A DNA stretch of 5,341 bases from Zygophlyctis sp. KS116. Its lineage: Eukaryota > Fungi > Chytridiomycota. This document shows, one piece after another, positions 1 to 5,341 of the stretch; positions within the stretch are counted from its first letter, which is position 1; each line of letters begins with the position of its first letter. The translations under genes were made by a program, and so were the position numbers. The stretch is taken from the NCBI GenBank assembly GCA_054661495.1, contig BAAFSQ010000481.1, positions 1-5,341 of the forward strand, in the 5' to 3' direction. Below the pieces are notes generated by a model that saw only the letters and a list, made by a program, of their open reading frames with translations, was not told the DNA's origin and searched no databases.

Positions 1-399
1 GGGTTCTACTTGGGAATTAATGGCAAAAAAGAAGATATTGATCAATTCTTTAGAGATCCTAGAGTTATATTGAAGAAAGAATCAGCTGGAAATGCTGCTT
101 TAAGAGGATCATGCTTGAGTGGAAACATAAATGCTGCCAAATTGTTGCTTAATCAAGTCGATCCTACATCATATGCTAATCAATTGTTTGAAACGTCTTT
201 AAATATTGGTCGTGAAGAGATTGCACAAGTTCTTTCAGAGGATCCAAGAATCGACACAGTTTTAAGACACGACTTGAGAAGTAGATGGGAGTCACTCCAA
301 TTTTATAGAGCACGTTCTTCGAATTTATGGATTCAGCTTGAAAATGCTGAAAAATTATTTCTTTTGGTCGCCTGGCTAATGTATTGGTTATTTCTTTAA
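1..399 (+). CDS. Ankyrin-repeat-like protein, 3' part (5' end outside window), with hydrophobic C-terminal tail
   Basis: Frame is open from base 1 (GFYLGING...) to TAA at 397-399. It contains degenerate ankyrin units NAALRGSCLSGNINAAKLLL and NQLFETSLNIGREEIAQVLS with DPRV/VDPT/DPRID linkers, as seen in the expanded 'DPRVDP' ankyrin families of chytrid-type fungi. Ends in LFLLVAWLMYWLFL. Confidence 0.7.
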   Translation, partial: GFYLGINGKKEDIDQFFRDPRVILKKESAGNAALRGSCLSGNINAAKLLLNQVDPTSYANQLFETSLNIGREEIAQVLSEDPRIDTVLRHDLRSRWESLQFYRARSSNLWIQLENAEKLFLLVAWLMYWLFL

Positions 400-439
400 A
401 TGTTGGATAATACAATCTGATCATTTGAATGTTTACTTC

Positions 440-494
440 TGACGTAACGCAGTGGCGGCCGCCGCTTATAGGCCGACATTTCCACCCTTTTTTT
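440..494 (+). promoter_or_regulatory. GC-rich regulatory island upstream of the carrier (CRE-like TGACGTAA, palindrome GGCGGCCGCC, T7 run)
   Basis: TGACGTAA at 440-447, a perfect 10-bp palindrome at 454-463 and T7 at 488-494, followed by a pyrimidine-rich tract. Stands out from the AT-rich flanks; function inferred. Confidence 0.35.
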
Positions 495-680
495 AAACTT
501 CCCATTGTCTTCTGTTCTATTCCCTTGCAACAACGCTGACGGGTCATAAAGATATTATATTTTCAATTGAGACAACGCTTCCATTCCATCAAATATTAAA
601 GTATTACCGAAAATCAATACTTTTAACATTTGGACACTTTCATTCTCTAAACAAACCAGCCATCTTACCAGCTTTTAAAG

Positions 681-698
681 ATGATGCATCACTTATAA
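681..698 (+). promoter_or_regulatory. Short out-of-frame uORF MMHHL* in the carrier leader
   Basis: ATG ATG CAT CAC TTA TAA with A at -3. These are the only ATGs on the + strand between 432 and 942. Confidence 0.4.
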
Positions 699-730
699 GA
701 TCATTAGCATCTAGAATTGTGCTTCCACAG

Positions 731-1716
731 TCAAGCAAGACTACAAATCATTCCAAAAAGGAGAATTCAGACAGTAAATTAACTCAGGTCATCTTTGGAT
801 CGGTAAACAAAAGAAGATTAGCTAAAAACATAGATCTCTGGTATTGTGGGAAAGATTGTGGAATACCCATTTGATACTATCAAAACCAGACTTCAAGTCC
901 AACCGCTTACTCTAACTGGGGAAGCTACATCTGGGACATTAAATGGTACTCTGGATTGCATCAGGCAAGGATTTAAGGAGGAAGGATTTAGAGGCTTTTA
1001 CAAGGTATTGTTTATTATAAGTTTTTATATATAAGGGACTTACTGCACCGCTTGTCGGATCCATGTTTGAGAATTCAGTCTTATTCTTAAGCTATAATAG
1101 AATCCAAGATGCAATTCGTAAGTACTCTGGACAAGCTCAAGATTCCCCGCTGTCAATGAATCAGTTATGTGTAGCTGGATTTTTATCGGGTGGTACAGTG
1201 TCATTTGTTTTGACGCCGGTTGAGCTGATAAAATGTAGACTACAAACTCAGTCTCCTCAAGCCTCAAACAATGGCCCTTTATCTATAATTTACAATACTA
1301 TTCGTCAACATGGGGTATTTGGGTTATATAGAGGCCATAAGAGTACGTTTCTTAGAGAGGCGGCTGGAGGAACAGCATGGTTTGGAACTTATGAATATTT
1401 CAATTCAGAATTTATGAAGAAGTCCAATGTCAAATGCAAAGAGGATTTGCCAACTTGGCAGCTCATGATTTCAGGAGCACTGTCAGGTATAGCATACAAT
1501 GCATCCCTCTTTCCTGTAGACACAATCAAAAGTAGAGAACAAGCTTTTGATTCCAAGGATACTTTTAAAAAAATAGCAGCTGATATTTATAGAGCGGGGG
1601 GAATTAGAGGCTTTTATCGTGGATTTGGAATCACAATTGCCAGAAGTGCTCCGAGCAGTGCTATTATCTTTGCAACGTACGAATGGTTGTCTAGAAACGT
1701 CAAAATAGAATACTGA
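731..1716 (+). CDS. ORT1: Mitochondrial carrier family (SLC25) ornithine transporter, ORT1/ARG11/arg-13-like. Exons ?-802, 834-1004, 1036-1716; true start unresolved (frame open back to 497; 731 is the part common to all start models)
   Basis: Three Px[DE]xxKxR signatures (YPFDTIKTR, TPVELIKCR, FPVDTIKSR) and GxRGFY/GVFGLY motifs. Splicing restores VIFGS|ISGIVGKIVEYP and GFYK|GLTAPLVGSMFENSVLF. GKIVEYP, ENSVLF, LRE and RSAP match ornithine-carrier substrate contact motifs. Stop TGA at 1714-1716. Confidence 0.9.
803..833 (+). other. Spliceosomal intron, 31 nt (carrier)
   Basis: gtaaacaaaagaagattagctaaaaacatag; phase 0; removal joins VIFGS to ISGIVGK; GCTAA branch-like motif. Confidence 0.85.
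1005..1035 (+). other. Spliceosomal intron, 31 nt (carrier)
   Basis: gtattgtttattataagtttttatatataag; removal gives the conserved GFYK|GLTAPLVG and joins ORFs 846-1034 and 1063-1716. Confidence 0.92.
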
Positions 1717-1741
1717 TATGAAAAAAATTAAATGAGGTTTA

Positions 1742-4066
1742 TTATAACTTCAAAACTTCCACACAATAGCTTCCACTATTATCATGAAGCTGGTTCAACA
1801 TTTTCTGCCATCTACTTCCTCCAGCAGATTTTTTCTGACCCAAGGGAGCATCAACCTCTTTTCTAAACTGCTTAAGCATGCCAAATATTCTGTTTTGAAA
1901 TTGAGTAGCGAATTCACATTCTCTCTTTACGTGCATCCTGATTTCCTGCAATATTTCAATTAATTTACTTGAAGTTGAAACAAGAATCAAATGAGAGTCT
2001 ACAAGCAGAGACAATGCATCAAGAGCCTAATTACATTAAATCTTATTTAATATACATACCACTTGTCTTCTCTTGAACAAATTCTGTAGGCTTGTCTGAG
2101 ATAAATCAGTTCCCACTGCTCCCCAGGCCCACCACATGAAGCGCTCATCCTTCATTTGAACAATTTGACATATCCAATTCAAAAGCTTCTCTACCTCATT
2201 TTCTTCAAGATGAGAAAGTGCACGGATCATTAAATGGTAATTTCGTGGAGCACTAAATGCTAAATTACATACATATTCCTGACCGTGAGAGAGGCAGACT
2301 CCCAAATGAGCGTTAATTACTTCGTTCTCTGTAGTCTTTGAAACAAGTGCATCTAATTCCATTGTATCTTTGAGTGCCAAGACATATCTGATCATTCGCG
2401 ACCAATCATTCTCTGAAATATCTAATAAATTATGAATGGCCACCCAAAGAAGCTCAATATCATTGTTTTTGATAATCTTTTCAACAAGTCCAGAATCAAT
2501 AATGTTGGAATGAAATAGATGATTTTCCAAACAATACTTTATAACGCTTCGAGGCCACATACCCATTTGATTATCAAGACAGGCAGCTGCAATTTCCTTT
2601 ATTTGCTTCTGCGATACTAAAAACGCATGCTTATTATCTAAATTCTCGGGAATAGAAATATTCTTATGTTTGGAGAGAAGTTCCAAGTTTGAGCAAACCC
2701 ATTTTTTAAACACATCTTCAAACTTGTCTAGTGATTTTTGAGCTAAAAGCAGAGTTAATTTTTCTGCATTAAGATTATTCAATTCGATGCAGTTTTGAGA
2801 TAAAAATGGTGTTTCATTATTTTTAAAGTGTAATGCAGCTATTTGACAAGAAACTTGAGATTTACTTGTAAGCTTTCCTAGAACAGATTTAAGAGAGATT
2901 GGTTCTACTTTTACTGGCAACAACAAATGAGAAATTTCAACTGCAGATGATCCCAAACAAGACAATGAAATCGTCAAAAAATAACCTGATGCATCATAAA
3001 ATCCATTTAAAAATCCTTGAGTCCTATTAAACTTTTCTGGAAGAGTTATCATATCAATATTGACTATTGACTGTAGGGTTCCAAATCGATTATCCCAAAC
3101 AGAGACCTGAGCCATAGCCCTTCCCCCACTTCTAACAACAGAAAGAACAGCAATATGATTATTTGTAATTAGCTTAAAAGAGAGTAATTTCGCACCATTT
3201 AATTTTGAAGACAAATCATGAGAAACTTTATCTATAGAATTTGACCGAATATTAAAAGTTGAAACTTTAAAATCCTCATCTTTTCTTTAAAATTTTTCTA
3301 AAATTACCTATAATCCCCAAATGTCTACCATCAAAAGAAAACCCAAAACTTTTTAAATCCTTAAAATCCAAAATTTCAAAAGAAATATTAGACACTAAAA
3401 CCGATTGACCACTTTTCTCTCTTTCATAATGATAAAATGACAATTCTAAATAATCCCTTGATCCTCTTGGCACTCCAACAACCACTAATTTATAATCATT
3501 ATTTGAACAATGATAATCCATAAAAAGAATTTCTTGGCCTTGATTTGGATTAACTGAATCTATTTCCAAAACTGTATTTAGTAACCCATCTAAAATCCTA
3601 AATTTCCCATTCTTAAATCCTACTAATACTCCATCATTAAAAAAGTTCCAAATTTTAAAAGGAATCAACCCATCTTCAATCTTCAAAATTACAAAAATCT
3701 TTATACCTTGCAAGAAATTATAGAATCATTGTATTTATCCCCACAATTCCACTTGTAAATAGTAAATTCCTTTTTCCCTTTTGGAATCCCAACAAATGCA
3801 TTCTCATCCTTCAAATAGACCGCCGGACAATGCCAAGAAATGTTTGAAGGAGTAGACAAACAAGCGATCGGTAATTGATTATCCCACTATCATTAAAACC
3901 CAATACTTACTTGAATCAGTTGCAGTCCAACACTAGTAGTTGTACAAAGTAATAAGTCCGACATTGGAGTCATGCATGCAAATCCTGTTTCATCAATGCA
4001 ACATTTCTTATTAAAGAGATCCTTACTCCCCTTCTCTACTAGAATATTCAATGGCTCAATCTTCAT
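1742..4066 (-). CDS. NOL11/Utp8-like nucleolar SSU-processome (t-UTP/UtpA) protein, 737 aa. Exons 4066-3911, 3886-3707, 3680-3308, 3279-2060, 2026-1742
   Basis: ATG at 4066 in aaaaaATG context; four GT-AG introns give a continuous 2214-nt frame. N-terminal DNQLPIACLSTPSNISWHCPAV resembles the NOL11 DQKP..W....TCPAV segment. C-terminal LSLLVDSH and terminal GSYCVEVLKL* resemble the NOL11/Utp8 LLLDA.F and YSIEVLEL motifs. Length fits the family (~700 aa). Confidence 0.75.
2027..2059 (-). other. Spliceosomal intron, 33 nt (NOL11-like)
   Basis: gtatgtatattaaataagatttaatgtaattag; phase 0; contains in-frame TAA and TAG; joins ...RRQV to ALDALSLL... Confidence 0.88.
3280..3307 (-). other. Spliceosomal intron, 28 nt (NOL11-like)
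   Basis: gtaattttagaaaaattttaaagaaaag; phase 1; this acceptor joins ORF 3276-3713 in frame to ORF 2036-3214. Confidence 0.82.
3681..3706 (-). other. Spliceosomal intron, 26 nt (NOL11-like)
   Basis: gtataaagatttttgtaattttgaag; phase 0; in-frame TAA immediately after the donor; joins ISCK to IEDGL. Confidence 0.82.
3887..3910 (-). other. Spliceosomal intron, 24 nt (NOL11-like)
   Basis: gtaagtattgggttttaatgatag; consensus GTAAGT donor; in frame it ends TAA TGA TAG; joins LQLIQ to WDNQLP. Confidence 0.87.
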
Positions 4067-4115
4067 TTTTTCAAAAAGTTTTTCCCTTCAAAATTTCATT
4101 TTTTATTTTATTTCA

Positions 4116-4351
4116 TTATTGAATCAATGATGCACCACCGCTCTATTATATTATAGTATAATACTTACTTGCACTGCTTCCATTTCCTTTACTGACAGAG
4201 GCGGAGGTCTAAATTTCAACGGTGTTTCTGTAAGACTAAAGTTTCTCAGGTCCATGACATTTACATTTTTGGGGTTTGTAGATCCCAGAGTCTGATTTAT
4301 AAGATGTCGGGGGCCTTTGAATTTAATGAGTGGAATCCAAGGTCTGGCCAT
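4116..4351 (-). CDS. KGD4: KGD4/YMR31/MRPS36 family protein (2-oxoglutarate dehydrogenase E3-recruiting adaptor), 69 aa. Exons 4351-4169 and 4142-4116
   Basis: MARPWIPLIKFKGPR matches the family N-terminal PLIKF.G.R motif. After splicing, the C-terminus PLKFRPPPLSVKEMEAVQ|SGGASLIQ* matches the P.RF...P.S..E.E.I.SGGA signature. ATG in aaaATG context. Confidence 0.9.
4143..4168 (-). other. Spliceosomal intron, 26 nt (KGD4)
   Basis: gtaagtattatactataatataatag; removal restores the conserved EAVQ|SGGA motif. Confidence 0.93.
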
Positions 4352-4470
4352 TTTACACTGAGTGACCACCAACCTAGACAAATTGTCCAAAAGAATTTTC
4401 AACAATGGCGTAAAAATAATGTACTGGAGGAGTTGCAAAATATGATAGAACTATTATACGAATCTGAATA

Positions 4471-4655
4471 GAAAAGCTTATCCAAGAATAAACACCTACA
4501 AAAGACGTCAAAGTCAAAAAAAAACACCTACAAAAGACGTCAAAATCAAAAAAAACACCTACAGAAGACGTCAAAATCAAAAAAAACACCTACAAAGGCG
4601 TCAAAATCAAAAAAAAACACCTGCAAAAGACGTCAAAGTCAAGGATAAGCTTTTC
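4471..4655. mobile_element. 185-bp inverted-repeat-bounded element (MITE-like or invertible segment)
   Basis: GAAAAGCTTATCC (4471-4483) and GGATAAGCTTTTC (4643-4655) are exact reverse complements and enclose the tandem array. No target-site duplication is recognisable, so mobility is only inferred. Confidence 0.45.
4493..4642. repeat. Tandem minisatellite, ~31-bp unit x ~4.8, consensus CACCTACAAAAGACGTCAAA(A/G)TC(A)8-9
   Basis: Units start at 4493, 4525, 4556, 4587 and 4618 (32, 31, 31, 31 nt and a partial copy) and differ by 1-2 changes each. Confidence 0.97.
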
Positions 4656-4668
4656 AAAAAAAAGAAAA

Positions 4669-5341
4669 ATGTCAAATTCCAATTCTCTGATTTGGTTTCA
4701 TCTCTATGACTATGGGACTGGAAAGCCATACAAGGGAACGACTGCTGATTATGTGACTATTCCTTCATCTGCTGTTATTGCTCAGTTTAGAAAAGCTGTC
4801 AAAGCCGAGTACTCTGACAGCCATCTCAAAGGGATAAGTCCTTCTGATCTCTTGGTCTTTCAGAACAAGCAATCATTTGACAAGAGAAATTCTAATGAAG
4901 AAAAGGTAATTTATTTGAATCTTACAAACAGGAAGTGCTGCTTGAGGAAGATTCACCTGTGGATGGTCTTGGAAAGTCAAAAAAGGATGCGCTGATTGTA
5001 TCTTCTGCAGAATTGAATTCTCAACGAGGTAATCGCTTTAAACTAAGTATCAAGTTTATTCAAAGACTATATATATCAGACAAGTTGATGAGGATGGAGA
5101 TTTTACGGACAAATACAAAGAATACACAGTCAAGAACGATCAGAATTTGAAAGTGATCTACAAATATGGAACAGGACTTATCCAACTATCTGCTCCAGAA
5201 AAAGTCATCGTCAATTTTGATGAAATCGAGGATGGGATGAAGTATCAAGTTCACAAGTATTCACAAGATTTTCCAGGATGGCAAAAGAAGGAAGCAGACG
5301 CAATGGAGAAGGAGACAAAACTTCGCATGATGACATTTTTG
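4669..5341 (+). CDS. Crinkler (CRN)-family effector-like protein, 5' part. Exons 4669-4905, 4932-5028, 5055->5341
   Basis: N-terminus IWFHLYD..TGKPYKGTTADYV.IPSSA.IAQFRKAVK...HLKGISPSDLLVFQNK..FDKR...|E.LLEEDS.VDGLGKSKKDALIV matches the ubiquitin-like CRN header known from chytrids/oomycetes (LLVFQN and ALIV at the LFLAK and HVLVxxP positions). Two 26-nt introns give 207 uninterrupted codons to the window edge. Confidence 0.8.
4906..4931 (+). other. Spliceosomal intron, 26 nt (CRN-like)
   Basis: gtaatttatttgaatcttacaaacag; phase 0; joins NEEK to EVLLEEDS, linking ORFs 4669-4995 and 4935-5150. Confidence 0.88.
5029..5054 (+). other. Spliceosomal intron, 26 nt (CRN-like)
   Basis: gtaatcgctttaaactaagtatcaag; phase 1; ACTAA branch-like motif; opens a frame (VYSKTIYIRQVDEDG...) with no stop to base 5341. 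Confidence 0.8.

Noticed and set aside
400-494. tRNA, TPP riboswitch or snoRNA (A-box-like TAACGCAGTGG, TGGATAATAC, T7 run)
   Set aside because: No cloverleaf or T-loop, the TPP core elements (CTGAGA, ACCTGAT) are absent or out of order, and there is no proper C/D box pair.
488-498. -1 slippery sites TTTTTTT and TTTAAAC linking uORF 429 to the carrier
   Set aside because: A shift on the T run meets TAA at 494-496 immediately, and TTTAAAC is in the wrong register to reach the carrier frame.
429-539. Arginine attenuator peptide
   Set aside because: MFTSD..W is only superficially similar; the conserved DY(L/I)SDH(L/I)W core is missing.
176-547. 123-aa minus-strand ORF
   Set aside because: Mostly antisense to the ankyrin CDS, with no recognisable motif.
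601-659. 59-nt intron (GTATTA...CTAAAC...CAG) supplying the carrier start
   Set aside because: The upstream frame it would join has TAA at 597-599 and no ATG, and the length is atypical here. It remains possible only as a UTR intron.
600-730. Antizyme ORF2 homology in the carrier's upstream frame (DDASLIRSL)
   Set aside because: The resemblance is limited to a few residues; the LLEFAEE and GFE motifs are absent.
1040-1267. 75-aa minus-strand ORF
   Set aside because: An antisense shadow of the carrier exon.
3903-3912. U1 snRNA 5' end (ATACTTAC) on the + strand, also at 4161-4168
   Set aside because: These are the reverse complements of GTAAGTAT donors on the - strand.
1742-4066. Pseudogenes, or stop-codon reassignment (TAA/TAG = Gln as in some aphelids), as the cause of ORF fragmentation
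   Set aside because: Every break is explained by a GT-AG mini-intron, long exons contain no TAA/TAG, and genes end in TAA right after conserved C-terminal motifs.
4374-4589. 71-aa minus-strand ORF (MFFLILTSS...)
   Set aside because: A low-complexity translation of the T-rich strand of the tandem repeat with a non-ATG start.
4493-4642. CRISPR array
   Set aside because: The units are directly adjacent with no unique spacers, there are no cas genes, and the context is eukaryotic.

Overview
AT-rich, very compact eukaryotic DNA, most consistent with an early-diverging (chytrid-like) fungus. The ORF track is fragmented because the genes are split by tiny spliceosomal introns. Manual splicing gives five genes: (1) the 3' end of an ankyrin-repeat protein (+, <1-399); (2) a mitochondrial ornithine carrier of the ORT1/ARG11/SLC25A15 type (+, ends 1716) with no in-frame AUG upstream of its first conserved repeat; (3) a 737-aa NOL11/Utp8-like SSU-processome protein (-, 4066-1742, 5 exons); (4) a minimal 69-aa KGD4/YMR31/MRPS36 (-, 4351-4116); (5) a Crinkler (CRN)-type protein (+, 4669 to window end). 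All nine supported introns are 24-33 nt, start with GTA and end at the first AG at least 24 nt from the donor. Between the divergent KGD4 and CRN starts lies a 185-bp element with perfect 13-bp inverted ends enclosing about five 31-bp repeats whose A-tracts are phased at ~10.4 bp. The best leads are this element, the AUG-less ornithine carrier and the apparent length-ruler splicing. Family calls come from remembered motifs, not database searches.
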